From Chiloscyllium plagiosum (lineage: Eukaryota): a stretch of 64,000 nt of DNA. Of the stretch, positions 50,120 to 64,000 are shown piece after piece. The notes beneath the pieces were generated by a model. The model did no database searches and was not told where the DNA came from. It saw only the letters and a list, made by a program, of their open reading frames with translations. How positions within the stretch are numbered: the stretch's first letter is position 1; the number at the start of each line of letters is the position of its first letter. The DNA is taken from contig NC_057728.1 of assembly GCF_004010195.1 (NCBI RefSeq), positions 48,456,077-48,520,076 on the forward strand, in the 5' to 3' direction. The position numbers were made by a program, and so were the translations under genes.

Positions 50120-51470
50120 TAATCAGGAGGAGTAGGCCATTCAGGCCTTTGAGCCTGCTCTGCCATTCCGTAAGATGATGACTGATCTGACTGCAACCAC
50201 AAATACACATTTCCATCTACTCCTGATAACTTTTCATTTCCTTGAACTTAACAAGATTTACCTCTACCATTAAACTATTCAAAGATCCTGTTCTTCTCTG
50301 CTTTTGAGGGAGAGTTCCAAAACTCACTTCTCTCCAAAAAAACTTTTGTCTAATCTCCATGTTTACTTGGTGACCCCTGATTTTTAAACAATGGCACCTA
50401 GCCACACAAGAGGAAACATCCACACAAGACCCCTCAAGATTTTAGATGTTTCAACCAAGTCACCTCTTGCCCTTTTAGACTCAAACCTAGTCCATCCAAC
50501 CTTTCTTCATACGACAACCTGACATTCCAGGAATTAATCTCAAACCTCCACTGAAGTGCTTCTGACAAATTTATGTCCTTCTTTAAATAAGATCAATCGA
50601 TAATGTGTGTAGTACTTCAAGTGAGGTTTTATAAGTGCATTGCATAACTGAAGTATAACCTCCATACTCTTCCCCTTGCGATAATTAATGACATTTATAG
50701 CTTTCTTAATTTCTGGTTTACCTGCACTCTAACTTTTCAAGATTCATGCACAAGGACACCCAGGTCCCTCGACATTTCAGACCTTGGCAATTTTTCACTC
50801 ATTAGGTTAGGACCAAAAAAAAGGGGGTTTTATTCTTCCTGCCAAAATGGATAATTTCACAATTACCCACATAATACTCCACTAGTCACATATTTGCTCA
50901 TTCACTTAATCAATCAATCAATATTATTGCAATCTTCATGTATCCTCTTCACAACTTACCTTATCCTTGTGTCAGCAGCAAATTTTCCATCATCCAAGTT
51001 ATTTATATAAACTATAAACACAGTTGAGATCCCAGCACCAATCCCTCTGACACATTACTCAGTACAGCTTGCCAGCCTTAAAATAAAGCCCATTCACACT
51101 TACACTCCACTTCCTGTTAGCCATCCAATCTTCTATCTGTGCCAATGTGCCAACTGCTATACCATGAAATTTTATTTTTCACAACAATCTTTAACGTGAC
51201 ACCTGATCAAATACATTCTGGAAATCTAAGTACACCACAACCACACCCAACTGATTCATTAAATCCAATTTCCGTTTCACAAAACCATGTTGTCACTGCC
51301 TGATTATCTCACACTTCTCCAAGTGCCCTGATAAGAATAGCTTTCAACATTTTAACTGGCCTGTAGTTTTCTGCTTTATGTCTCCCTCACCTTTTAAATA
51401 AAGGATTCACATTCACTAAAGTCCAATCTAATGGAAGTGTCCCCAAATCAGGGGAGTTTTAGAAAATTAA
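50120..51470 (-). mobile_element. Old CR1 3' half
   Basis: Tail AGGAGTAGGCCATTCAGGCC and RT remnants. Confidence 0.75.
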
Positions 51471-53475
51471 AACCAAGGGGAACTCGAGATTGACAACAAA
51501 TGATCCATCATCAGAATGAATAAAAAAAGTTCCTTGGAAGTGCAAATGAATGAAGGTAAACCCAATCTAATAGACAATTGTAGAATATAGATTTTAAAAG
51601 TCTTAGGATACGTCAAACAGTTTGGGTGCCTCGTTAAAATTAATATATTCAACTTATAAAAAGCACTCAGTTATCACTAATAAAAATGAGAGGGACTGGA
51701 GATATTACATTTATTTGAGCTAGAACAGAGACAGTCAAGATGAAACTTGGAGGTTTTTTTTTTAAAAAGCTACCAAGCATTTTGTTATATTATTAACAAA
51801 AGACTATTTTTCCTGCTATGAGAACTATTGATAAGGGGTTATGTAAAATAATCACTGAGAAATTAGGAGAACTTTTATTCTACAGCAAATTATTAAAGCT
51901 TAAAAGTGTCTTACTGGAGCCAGTAGTTGAAATAATGCTTAAATCTGGTTGCGTTGTTTTCTGAGGTTCAACCCGAGTAGACAAGAGGAAAGAGCCAGAA
52001 GCATGGACACAGAGTGTTTTAAGTGGAAAAATGAACATATAAAATAGGGGAAGATTCAGGCTTAATGAGAATGTGCAGCACAAAAGGGACAAGTTTTAGA
52101 TTGCTCTGGCAAAGAGCCAGGATAAGCACAATGGTTGAATGGGCTCCTTTAGATCAGTAAACTTCAAGAGCTCAAAAGCATGTACATCAAGATTTTAAAG
52201 ATATGTAACATTTCAATCTTTAAGGTATTCAAAGCTAGAATCCCATATTTCATTACTCCAGGTGAACCACAATCAAACACAGTATCGTATAGTCTGGCAA
52301 AAATACTAAATATTCAACATCAAACAGTAGAAGTAGTGATACAGTCGGGAAAATTAGTTCCATATTCAGTTAAGAAAGAGTATTTTCTTTACAAAGTCTC
52401 AAGCATACAAATAAATCAAGTGATAGATGAATGAACACAATGTAGATATGACCAAATAGCCAGAAATTCCAAATCTTCGCTTCTCAGAATTGGTATGTTA
52501 TGCAGTTGCAATTAACTGGAACTTGATTTAAAAGCACTTTGGATTCCAGCCGCGCATTTCTTTCTCAGTGCCAAAAGAACAAAAAAAAAGAGGGTTACCA
52601 CAATAAAAGTGGGTGCTCAAATGTCCATTTTCCCAATTTCTCAGCTAAAAAGATACACAAGACAGAATCACTCATAACATGTTAACAAGAGAGGGAATAT
52701 TTTTATTTCCTTTCATTTTCTTAAAAATACACAATTTTTTTCAAGTTAATGGAAGGAATTTTCTAAAATGTTCCAAATGAACGTCAGGTTCAAAGGTTAT
52801 CACTGTAGTAAATCTGTAAATAGGCTCTTCCTCTTTTTTTCTCTTGCACAGAAGTCACATTTTTCCTTTAGCTTTTCAACATCAGGACACAACAAGACTC
52901 AAGGTCCAGAATAGAAAACGTGTAATTTTCCAAAGCGTATTTTTGTTTCAAAACTTTAAATATAACCAGTGGTCCAACAATATTTTAGGGAACAGAGCAC
53001 AATGCAGAGAAAAGTGAAAATGAGTGAAAATGAAAATGTAGAGTTTTAAAATTAAAACAACTAGATTAACCAAAATAACATATTTTGGCAGTAAAAACTC
53101 TATTGCTGTACTGAATACAATCCCTACACAGTCAGCTGAACCAAACTGAACACAAATGTACTGCTTCCTTCAATTTGCAATGGAGTTTCAATCCCAATAT
53201 TATACCAAGCATTAAAACTGGTTAATTTCATCTAATGAACTATTTACTTTGCTTCAACTCCTTCCGAAAACCTTACATGTTACATCATTGTTTCACAACA
53301 CCATTTTTGTCAGCCTTATCAGCTCTGTCTTACATGCAAAATAGTTCAAAATTCTACCACCGACTATCTTTCTATCCATTATGTTCATTCTTGCCACACC
53401 TGTTTAAAAACCTTTCATTGTTTTTCTGAACCTCTGCAACTTCCACCAGCCTTTCGTTTTCTAATGTTCGCCTTC

Positions 53476-54395
53476 GTAAGAAATAGGAGCAGGAGTAAGT
53501 CATCTGGCCCCTCAAGACTGTTCCACCATTCAATATTATCATGACTGATCTTTTTGTGAACTCAGTTCCACTTACCCACCTGCTCACCAGAATCTTTAAT
53601 TGCTTTACTGTTCAAAAATCTACCTTTGCCTTAAAGACACTGAACAAGGTAGCCTCAACTACTTCACTGGGCAAGGACTTCCAGAGATTCACAACTCTTA
53701 GGGGTGAAGAAGGTTCTCCTCAACTCAATCCTAAATCTGCTCCCCCTTGTAGACGCTCTGCCCCTAGTTCTAGTTTCACCTACCATTGGAAACAACTTTC
53801 CTACTTTGCTTATCTATTCCCTTCATAATTTTGTGTGTTTCTATAAGATTCCCCCTCATTCTTCTAAATTCCGATGACAATAGTCACAGTCAACTCAATC
53901 TCTCCTCATACACTAACCCTCTTCCCTCTGGAATCAATCTAGTGAACCTCCTCTGCATCCCCTCCAGTGCCAGTACATCCTTTCTCAATTAAGGAGATAG
54001 TACTCCAGGTGTGCCCTCACCAGAACCCTATGCAGCTGCAGCAGAACCTCCCTGATTTTAAAATCCATCCAACTAGCAATGGAGGACAATATTCCATTTG
54101 CCTTCTTAATTATATGCTGCACCACAAACCAACATTTTGCGATTCGTGCACAAGGACACCCAGGTCCCTCTGCACAGCATCATGCTGTAATTTTTCACCA
54201 TTTAAAATTTCAGCCAATTTTGCTATTAATCCTATCAAAATAGATGACCTCACATTTACCAACATTGTATTCCATGTGCCAGATCCTTGTCCACTCACTT
54301 AACCTATCTATGTTGCTCTGCATACTTTGTGTCCTCTACACACTTTGCTCTGCTACTCATCTTAGTGTTATCTGCAAACTTTGACACTGCACAGT
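53476..54395 (-). mobile_element. CR1 3' fragment
   Basis: VQRDLGVLVHESQ (ORF 54110..54298); tail TAAGAAATAGGAGCAGGAG. Confidence 0.85.
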
Positions 54396-54964
54396 ACCTT
54401 TTTATATTCTACATTTTTGTGTTATGTTTTCCATTATTTTGATCACACCATGAACATGTTGCAATCTAATCGTATAGGTCTAAAATAATGCAAGTGCATT
54501 CAATTTTACATTTAACAAAATCTGAGTTTGGACTGTCATCTACTTTGGCTATTCTGAGTCCAAATATTTTCTACAACTTTGACGTCTAGAAGATGTAACT
54601 AAGACACAAGTAACAACTTTAATTTGAGCATTGTCAGGATCCTTGTTTACAAATTTCAAAGTATTCAATGTCATCAAATATCATAATCTTCATTTTGTTT
54701 AATTTCATTTTGCCCAACTATATAAACTCAAACTAATAGCATTAGCTAAACTCTTACTTAATCTCCCTATGGTTTAATTTACTTTTACGTGGAACAAAAG
54801 CAAACTAGATCTGAAGCATGCCATTTAGATTATTTTTTAGGTCCAAATCAAAAGGAAACTACACAAGGCAACTGCTCCCAAAAAGCACAAAGGTTTGCTT
54901 TTGTGATTTTGTTTAGGGAAAAGCATTGGTCAGAACACTAAAAAACAAAATGCGCCCTTCAAAG

Positions 54965-55088
54965 TCAAGCAAACACAAGTCCTCAGTTTAATATCTCCTC
55001 CAACATTCCTTCAGTTCAAATGAGAGTCTAGCCCTGGAGTGAGACTTGAAACCACAACTTTCTGATTCAGAAGCAGTGCTACCAGACA
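54965..55088 (-). mobile_element. Deu-type SINE head fragment
   Basis: Reverse complement resembles 44375-44530. Confidence 0.5.
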
Positions 55089-55134
55089 AATTCAATGCTT
55101 TATGTTCATTCGGATTAGATAAACTTTTGGATTA

Positions 55135-55178
55135 AATAATAATAATAATAATAATAATAATATCATCTTTTGGAATGC

Positions 55179-55261
<83 letters not shown>

Positions 55262-55279
55262 TCATCTTTTGGAATGCTA
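55135..55279. repeat. Compound (AAT)n microsatellite with a duplicated 19-bp flank
   Basis: (AAT)~9-ATCATCTTTTGGAATGCTA-(AAT)~27-ATCATCTTTTGGAATGCTA. Confidence 0.95.
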
Positions 55280-55971
55280 TCAAAGGAGGAAAATTCAAAT
55301 AATTTTCAAGCAGACACTATGTCAAATCAATCTTTAGTTCAATCAATGTCTGGAAAGAGAGTCACCTTTCCACAAAAACAATGAATCCAGCAGCTAAAAA
55401 TTATCTTCTTCTGACACAGCTTCTGGACCTCAAATCATTCAAGTACCAACTAATCTACCAGGTTAAGCAACTACCTAACCATTCATGGACAGAAGTGCAG
55501 AAAAGGCTCATAAAAATACAATCGAATCAATATAATTTATATAGTTTTTAAAAATTACACATTACACCTTACCAACATATTTTTATCCTGAACTTAGGTA
55601 TGAGCAACGAGTGCAATAAGGAAAAATGATCAAATCCATTTGAAGAAACAACAGACAGCAGATATACTCAAACATTGCTTCGATATGGAATAACTAAGGT
55701 CATCAAAACCTTATCATTAAAACCTTAACCTTAACCTTAAAACCTTGTCATCATTGTTAAAAGGTCATCAAAACCTCTTTTGAAGGTTACTTTAACAGTT
55801 TTAACCACAATTGTACTTCAACTGGAAGTACATGATCGCCATTAATTACCTTAATAGACCTTGCATTCTTTAAAGTTGTTGTTTTTAAACTTGCGTGGGG
55901 GTTACCTGGCAAACTCCTGAAGACACTAGTCTGACATTTTGAATGATTTGACTGTTGACCGCTCACAGACA

Positions 55972-56700
55972 TCAGAGTCATAGAGTAATAAGGAATCAGA
56001 CGCTTCAGTCCAATCAGTCCGTGGCAAACATAATCCCAATAAACTGGTCCCACCTGCCTGCATTTGGTGCATATCCCTCCAACATTTTTTATTTATGTAC
56101 TTATTCACTTGCATCCAATATTTCCCCTGGAAGTTCATTCCACACATGACCACTGTGTATAAATTGCCTCCATGTCTTTTTTATATTTTTCTCCTCTCAC
56201 CTTAAAAATGGCCCCACCAGGAAAAGGCACGTGCCATTCACCTTACTTATACTTCTCATGATTTTGTAAACCTCTATAAAGGTAACCACCTGACTACCTA
56301 CACTCCATTGAAAGAAGTCCCAGCCTTTCCTTATAACTCAAACCTTCCATTCCAAACAACATCCTGCTAAATCTCTTCTGAACCATCTCCAGCTTAATAA
56401 TATCCTTCCGACAACAGGGCAAACAGAACTGGACACAGCACTCCAGAAGAGGCCTCATCAACATCCTATACAACCTCAACATGATGTTCCTACTCCTCTA
56501 CTCAATGATCTGAGCAATAAAGGCAAGCATGCTAAAGGATCTATATTAGATGCAAACTTCAAAAGAATTATGTACCTGAATCCCTAAGTCTCTCTCTGTT
56601 CTACAACATGTATCCATAATCCTGCCCTTCTTGATTTTACCAAAATGCAATAACTCACATTTATCCAATTTTAAACTCCATCTGCCACTCTTCAGCCACA
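55972..56700 (-). mobile_element. CR1 3' fragment
   Basis: MLRLYRMLMRPLLECCVQF (ORF 56294..56482); tail CTCTATGACTCT. Confidence 0.85.
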
Positions 56701-58300
56701 TTTTGAAATGCATACGGATATGTATTCAGCAACACGAACAACAAGCTATGTTAGCAAGTATAGAAAACTGAAATAGATCTGATGACTGATGAACAAAAAT
56801 TTGAAAACTTTGCACAGATTCAGGATTTTAGAAGGTTGCTTTAAAAGTGCATATCTTGTTATTCAACAATTTTCATCATTTAAATTATGTAAAATACAAA
56901 TTTTAAGATCATGCCTAAATAACAAAGGGTGCGATATCATTTGATTTGAAAGAAACTTGATTAAGTTCTTTGATCAGTTACAGTTCACAGAAAATTCAAT
57001 AATTCAAATTAAGCAACATAGCCAACACAAACTGGGGATTTAATGTAGACAAAAATTTGAATCACATAATTCCCATCATAACATCAAATTAAAAGTAAGT
57101 CTTTGATGTCCAAACTTTATTCTGTACACAATATTATTGCTTGATACATTGATTATAACTTATTAAAAATTGTTTGTTGCCCATTGATGATGGACATTAC
57201 AATACTGATCAACAAATATATATAACTTGTTGGATTTCACTGTAGAAATAACTGAGGCTAACAGCGCCCACTATAATTGAAGTGCAAATTGGACACTGTC
57301 AGCAGCTATACCTAAACAGTTAAATGTGAAAATCAGGAAGCTGCTGTCTCAGATGTATAGCTGCTTCAGGAGCTGTGCCACGCTGGGAAGTCATCAAGAC
57401 ACTCATCAAACAATATTCAGCCACTACACCTGCCTGATAAGCTCACAGAAAAAGCTATGTGAAAGGAAACTTTTAACATTTTGATAGACCTTACTTACTA
57501 CCAAACAGTCTTTGGAAAACAGATACTGAACTTTACAATTAGAGAGCTACAATCCTTTAGAGGTTAATTATTCAAAAAATATTATATTTTTTGAAAAACT
57601 GTCTCATCACTTCCTCAATTCTTTATTTCTCTGTCTTCATTTCATTTTATTTATTTGATGGTAGACTTAGAATATTTGACACTTCCTGGTTCAAACACTA
57701 CTTTGTCATATTAATTCTTCAAACTGACTGATTCAAGAAATACACTGTGCATAGACGCAGCTGCAAAATGGTATTGCTTTGCAAAATTGTTCACAAAATA
57801 TTTGGGAATACACAAATATTTGTAAATGAACACTGTTGAGGGTGGAACCCAGCACAGAGTTTGTACATACAGTAATATCTAAGATACTTTAACCTTTTTC
57901 AAAAAGTGTAGTTTATTCTCTAGAAATGTTATTATTTCAAATTGCATTTAACAATGACGTTGAAGACACAGTGGCCATCAAATTCAAAAATCTTTATGTG
58001 CAGACAGTATAGCAGATCAAACCAACACTAGGCCTATCAAAGTACCAGAAAAGAGTCATGATAGGAGAATGGTCTCCTTTTCTAATGCATCATACTATGA
58101 GACAGCTTTTATGGGACCTACAATGTGATCCAAACTCTGCTTCCTGCAGACAGCTGTTGCAGTAGTTTGGTATACCAAAACTTACAAGTAAAAATAAATC
58201 TAAGAAATTGTAAGGAAGAGGAGAGATGATGAAAATAATGAGTAAATTCAACAAATGCATCTTCAATCCAAAACAATTTCCTATTTTTGTTCCTTAAAAT

Positions 58301-58414
58301 TATAACTTTGAACAGACAATATTGGTTTACATATTTCCTACGTGCATACTAAACACTATAACTTTGAACAGACAATATTGGTTTACATATTTCCTACGTG
58401 CATACTAAACACTA
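58301..58414. repeat. Perfect 56-bp tandem duplication
   Basis: 58301-58356 is identical to 58357-58412. Confidence 0.95.
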
Positions 58415-60131
58415 AGTTATCTGTTGACATTTTATGAGCTATTCAGCTGAACTCAGTACAGTGTGAACCTAACATTGATATGGATTAGAAAAGATACATT
58501 TCAAAACATTCATACTGTGGAAACAATGTAATAATCTTACCTCAGACACTAAAAGGTTTTGAACATTAGCCTACTAGCATTCTAAAGAGTCTCAAAAGTT
58601 TAAACTGCGTGAATTGCAACAGACTATCATAAATCCCAATAAATTCTTTCAGTAAGTAGATCTGCTACAATTTAAAAATCTGACATTTTTGCCTGTAATG
58701 GAATCATTCAAAATTTGAAGCTTAACACCTGTAGCTTATATTCAGACTAATTGTGACCGTGCATTTCTCAGAGAATTTGCTCACCCATGTTCACACACTT
58801 GTCTTTCTACCAAAACAGCATGCGTATCACGAAGATCATGAAACTTAATATTCAATTGTTTACATATACGGCATAAAAAATTATATTTAAGAAGTTTCAC
58901 ACACTTTATATTCATTAAATAAAATGCAAAACAAGTTAAGGATAGGCAAAGATGTCATGGTTTATAACAGTGGTTTCAGGAATCCAGCATAAATTTTATT
59001 AATGTGAATTATGAAAAAATCCTGTTAAGTGCCACCATTTCTTCCTGATTTGTGCTTCCTGTGGAAGTTCTGCTCCAGGAACTAAAATTCATAAACTTAA
59101 TCATCTACTTTCCAGATCCTCAAAGCTGCCCAAAACATATGAACAAGGGGAAAAAAATCTCTTATGGAAGTTAGCATTTTATAATTGCACCTATTGTATT
59201 TTTGAATTATTGTTTGGAAACTCAAAATTCCAGTAAGTCAATTAATCTTGGCAGTAATTCTGAGTCTTTAGAAATTAGAGATCGACATTCTCACTTTATC
59301 TCATCACCAACTACTTTTATGTTGAAGGATGATAAAACGATCATAATATTAGACAGGTATGCAAACATATATAGTAGGTATATAACTGATGAGATTTTAA
59401 ACTATGAGGCTGAGAAAATTCAATTTAATGTTGAATAAACTCCATCTGTGCTGGTTCTGGAACTACCAAGCTCCTGGCATCAAGTGTTATTATGGTTGGC
59501 AAATTAGACAAACTGCTCAGCACTTACCAGCAGTCAGTTCTCAGAACGTAAGCCTTAATCTGCAGCAGTGACTAAATTCACTACTTTTGCACAAGACGAG
59601 AGAATATAATCCAAATAACCTTGAAATCAACGTGCCCCTTTATTCAACCATGACTTAACATTTCTAAGGGAATGTTAAATGTCAAAACAATTCTCAATGA
59701 AGAGCAGATTTTAAAATAGGTATCAGTAATGCTATAAACTAAGCAGCAAAAGTCATTTGGGGCCACAAAAGTATTTTAATTTTTAAACATTTTTTTAAAT
59801 GTGGTTAGTAGTTGATTTCAATGAAACATAAAATCCCACCTGCTCTTGAAATGTGTCATAACATCTCTGAACAGGATGGTTAGAAAATATCTAGAACAAC
59901 TCAACTGAAAATAGCACCAAGTAAATAAATGTAAAAATGAAGCAGTAGGAGAAATAAAATGTTGTAAGGAAATATTCCTTTCAATTGAAACAAATTTTTC
60001 AGGAAGCAAGTCACACAATAATTCAGGTTGTTTTAATAGAATTTAGATACAAACATATATCTAATTAAAAACAGAACCAAAAAAATTGAGCAAAAAAATT
60101 AACAATCAAAAAAAACTTCAGATTACAATGT

Positions 60132-60235
60132 ATTCTGATGAAAGGTCACTGATCTGAAACATTTAACCTTGTTTCTCCCTCTGCAAAGGTAACCTGCCAT
60201 GCTGATTATTTCCAGCATTTTCTGTTTTTATTTCC
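60132..60235 (+). mobile_element. Old Penelope-derived short element with a hammerhead core
   Basis: CTGATGA-A-AGGTC-ACT-GATCT-GAAA-CATT, followed by the usual tail. Confidence 0.65.
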
Positions 60236-60476
60236 AATTCGAAACATTCTTTCATTCAAGGTAATAGACATCTGCAAAATAAATAGTTGGATCCAGCAAC
60301 TTGCACCATGTCTAGACTTTTAACAAATAATTGGATGAATTGTGTGCTTAGATCGAGAGTTATCAAAGTACACAGCAAAGTGTTAGAGGTCCTACAACAT
60401 CACAAAAACAAAGCAACCAAAGATATATCATGTATTATACAAAATTGAAAAGGCGCTTTTTTTTTTCTCAACTTAC

Positions 60477-60509
60477 TTTTGAAAGACAAGAATAAAATTT
60501 TAGATTTTC
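60477..60509 (-). CDS. Candidate 33-nt frame-preserving microexon
   Basis: Long pyrimidine tract ..TCTCCTGTAG, donor AAA|GTAAGT; open as ENLKFYSCLSK or (G)KSKILFLSFK. Peptide not recognised. Confidence 0.25.
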
Positions 60510-62004
60510 CTACAGGAGACTAAATGGGTACAAGATATAGTGGGGAAAAAAACACATTCTATGAAACAGGTTGGCCAAAAATCCAAATTTTCTTTTTGTT
60601 TTTCATTATGAACTGGGCAGAATTGTGTCAGAAGTACAAAAACAATTATACAATTTAAGCAAATTTTCAATTTGCTCCCAGTCCGGTTTGATTGTAATCT
60701 TGTACACTGTTGAATAGATATCTCCAATCTAGAACTGAAGGTACAATCTAGAACTAAAGGCAACATTACTTTTCTGACCCTCACGGATAAATACTATCAT
60801 AAGTATGTCTCCCAGACGTACAACAATAAAAGCTTGGTCAATTACAAGTTGCTGTAAGAGCAAAGAGTAATCCTGCTGCCTGCCAAACTTCACCAAAAAA
60901 AGCATGTCATTACTATTTGTGAGGCCTTGCAGTGTGCAAAATGGCTGATACATCTGCCTACTTAACAAGTGCACTTCAAAGTAACTTGAACATGAAATGT
61001 TTTTACACAAGGCACCACATTCATGCAGTTTTTAAACTTTGAAAACATTGAAATGCAATCAAATTCAGATGAAACCTCTTACGTTGTACTCAGAAAAGGA
61101 TTCTGGCTTTTGCAGATTGCTGAATACAGAACACGTTTGTTGAAACAAAAACAGAAAAGAAGGTTTTCTATTCTCTTCCACTAATAAAACTGCAGCCCCT
61201 TTCAACCCTACTGCAATAAAGCTCATTTCCTTCAATTATCATTGACTGACTAGAGCACACCAGAATCTAGAAAATATCTCTACTTCCAAATTGATTGTAG
61301 TTTGTTATTCCAAATAAATTTAAACTGGTAAAGAAAATGTCCAATACAATATAAATTCTATTCAACAACCACAAATCCTTTGTTCTATGCCTAGATTAAA
61401 CTTAGGGTGAAATGTTCACCATGAATGCCATGGTCATATATGTAACAGGTCCAGAATTTAGTTAGTTTTTCTCTCAAAGAATGGTGGCCTGTTAATTCAA
61501 ACAGACACACATGCAGTGTTAAAAGTTTCGTACCTAGCCTTTTTTTGTACTGAAATATAGATTGTGTTTTTTTCAAAAATACAAAATCCTTCTCTTGACG
61601 TGGGTGATGTTTGCAATGCTGTATGTATTTTAAGTCGATCCCAATTGCATGAGAAGATGGATAAAGGACCTTTTCCTTGACCAGCTGCATTTTTTGAACT
61701 TCAGCAATAGGGATAGATAGAATTAGAGACACTTACTTTATTATTATCCCACGAGATCAAATCTCAAAAGACTGATCCATTAACTGTCTCTTTACATATG
61801 GCCAAAAGCAAGACTGGTGTCACCTCAACATACCATTCAGATATATGGCACAGTGCGCACCACAAGACCAGGCAAAGACAAATTTTGAATAACCTTACTG
61901 AATTTACAAAAACAAATCCCTGAAGGGTTCAAGCTCAAATTTGTTGATACAAGATAAGGGCAATAACTAAAACCAAAAAAATTAATCTAACATAGCAAAC
62001 TATG

Positions 62005-62140
62005 CTTATAAGAATATAGGAGCAAATTAAGCCATTGGGCCCATCAAGTCTGCTCCACCAGTCAATCACGGTTGATATGTTTCTCAACCCCATTGTCCTG
62101 CCTTCTTCCCATAATCCTTGATCCCCTTACTAATCAACCC
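62005..62140 (-). mobile_element. CR1 3' tail
   Basis: TAAGAATATAGGAGCA..CCTTGATCCCCTTACTAATCAA. Confidence 0.65.
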
Positions 62141-64000
62141 AGTACAAGATACAAAAAGCAGATCCCCACAATTTCATGCCGACTCTTCTTGACATCCATA
62201 CAGAGTACCAAACATTCTGAATTTCATGAGACATTTAAACTCCAATAAAAATCAAATCTGAGAAGCTCCACCACAAACTCACCTGAACTAATTCAGTGTT
62301 AACTCCTACATTGACACAGACTCTTGCTAGCTATCATGTTCCTCATCATCATCACTAACAAAATGCTTCTGCCACGCCACCAATTAACAGAACAGCTTTT
62401 CACTTCACTTACAATGATTGCTGCACTGAAACTAGCAATAAATTCTTCAGTGTTAAAAAGAATTTTGGTACACATCATTTCATACAAATAACACTTATCT
62501 AGTTACAATATAATTTAACTTTCTTTTGAAAAAGAATTCAGCTTGCCATCACAATGGATTTAATCCAAGTTAAGGGAAAAATTCATTGTATGCAGCAATG
62601 TTGCAGTTTGTAAATTGACAGATGGGAAGTGGCAACTGACTTTTACCTAAGCCTACAATAGTACAAACAAAGAGATTTGGTAGCTTGCATCCTGCTGAGT
62701 TGTATTTCCAAGCTGCCATTTAAAAAAATACCAAATGCACAATGATGAAAATTCAACCTTACTTAATTGACATGAGCTTAATTTGATGTCTACTATCAGA
62801 ATCAGCATCTTAATGAAGAACTAAAAACAGAGGACGATATTAGCAATTCCATTGAAGAACATTCTCCAAGAGTTTAACATTTTTAGCCAACTGCAGTTTA
62901 GAATTACATTTCCCATAATAAAATGTATAACAATATATGTCACTACAGCTGCAACATCATATGAATTCTGATTCAAACCTTTCCAAGGAGAGGTGAAGTT
63001 GGTTAATTCAGATTCTAGAAATTCCAAGTCAACCACTTGCCATGAAAGTACGTCTTAAGAAGTCATGAAAAACTGGTACGGCTGTGGGTTGGTCTACAAT
63101 ATTTGAGCAAGAATAAGGATGAAGATGCCATTCTTCACTTTAAAAAAAGAAGAGAGTGTCACAGTGAAAAAACAAAATAGTTATGTTGCCAGTTATCTTC
63201 AAATGAACTATTACTATTGAAGTAATCAAACTTTTTGATCTTGAAAAACCAAGTATACTACGCATTAGTCCGTTATAAAGTTTTATTCTTTCCCGATAGT
63301 ATACCCTTTAACATAACACCAAAATCATTGAGAATGTATTCCAATCTTCAATTCTACTCAACATTGAAGTAGGAGTAAATGGTACTCAATGTAGCATCTT
63401 CAAATCATATGTTTCAATTATTCAAATGAAGTGGCTAGGAATCTTGCGAACCAAAGAATTTTTACTCTGGTCTTTCATTAAAGGTCAAATGTTTTACCCC
63501 TTATGCAAGATCACAGAATATCCTGTCAACTTATCTCACAATTTGCTGAAAGCTTCAATAACCCTTAGGGCTTCATTATTTAATGCAGCAGCAATACTTC
63601 TTAATCAATCACTGAAAGATTGTCCTAGCATTGCCACCAGTAATGGACCTGTTCTAAACTCTAACTGTGGCGCAGATCCAATTGGAAGATATCAAATTGA
63701 TCTCTCCAGATGTAACCCACACTTGAAAGGACTAAACCAAACAGTTGCGCTGGGTGTGTTCCGAATTACATGCACAAAATTCAACATGCTGACAAACCCA
63801 TATACTGTACTGCTTTACTGAAATCCTAGTGACAACCAGAGTTCAATAGGGCAGCATTTCTTCAGTCAATACAATGAGCCATTAGTACACTAGTTTTGAG
63901 CAACCTCTTTCATCTTCTGGAGAGGAGAAAAACAGGACTAAGAATATTAAAACACTATTAATTGAAACATTTGAGAGCATGTAAAAGCTTGAGTCATAAA

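Noticed and set aside
55092..55384. Poly-Leu and poly-Ile ORFs
   Set aside because: Translations of the (AAT)n microsatellite.
55717..55746. (AACCTT)n telomere-like run
   Set aside because: Only 3-4 units and TTAAGG rather than vertebrate TTAGGG.

Overview
AT-rich, CpG-depleted eukaryotic DNA, almost certainly from an elasmobranch (shark): it carries five HE1-type V-SINEs with CR1-like tails, Deu-domain SINEs and many CR1-clade LINEs. No host protein-coding exon could be identified with confidence. The window looks like part of a large intron or intergenic region; a few minus-strand exon candidates and a visual A/C excess on the + strand hint at a minus-strand host gene. The content is mostly a layered fossil record of mobile DNA: a near-full-length CR1 LINE (zinc finger/SGNH-esterase ORF1, APE+RT ORF2) at ~39.7-43.7 kb; two Penelope-like elements with GIY-YIG remnants; a decayed Tigger/pogo transposase; a MER44/Tigger7-like MITE; and a young solo LTR with a 5-bp TSD. 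The two most interesting signals are (1) several sequence families of minimal type I hammerhead ribozyme motifs (CUGANGA...GAAA, palindromic stem III) in Penelope ends and in tiny TSD-flanked or fold-back non-autonomous derivatives, and (2) a LINE whose endonuclease ORF lies directly behind a tRNA-like (Pol III A/B box) head shared with a SINE family. All calls were made by eye. Family names come from recalled consensus motifs and need Dfam/Repbase/Rfam confirmation. Boundaries of old elements are approximate.
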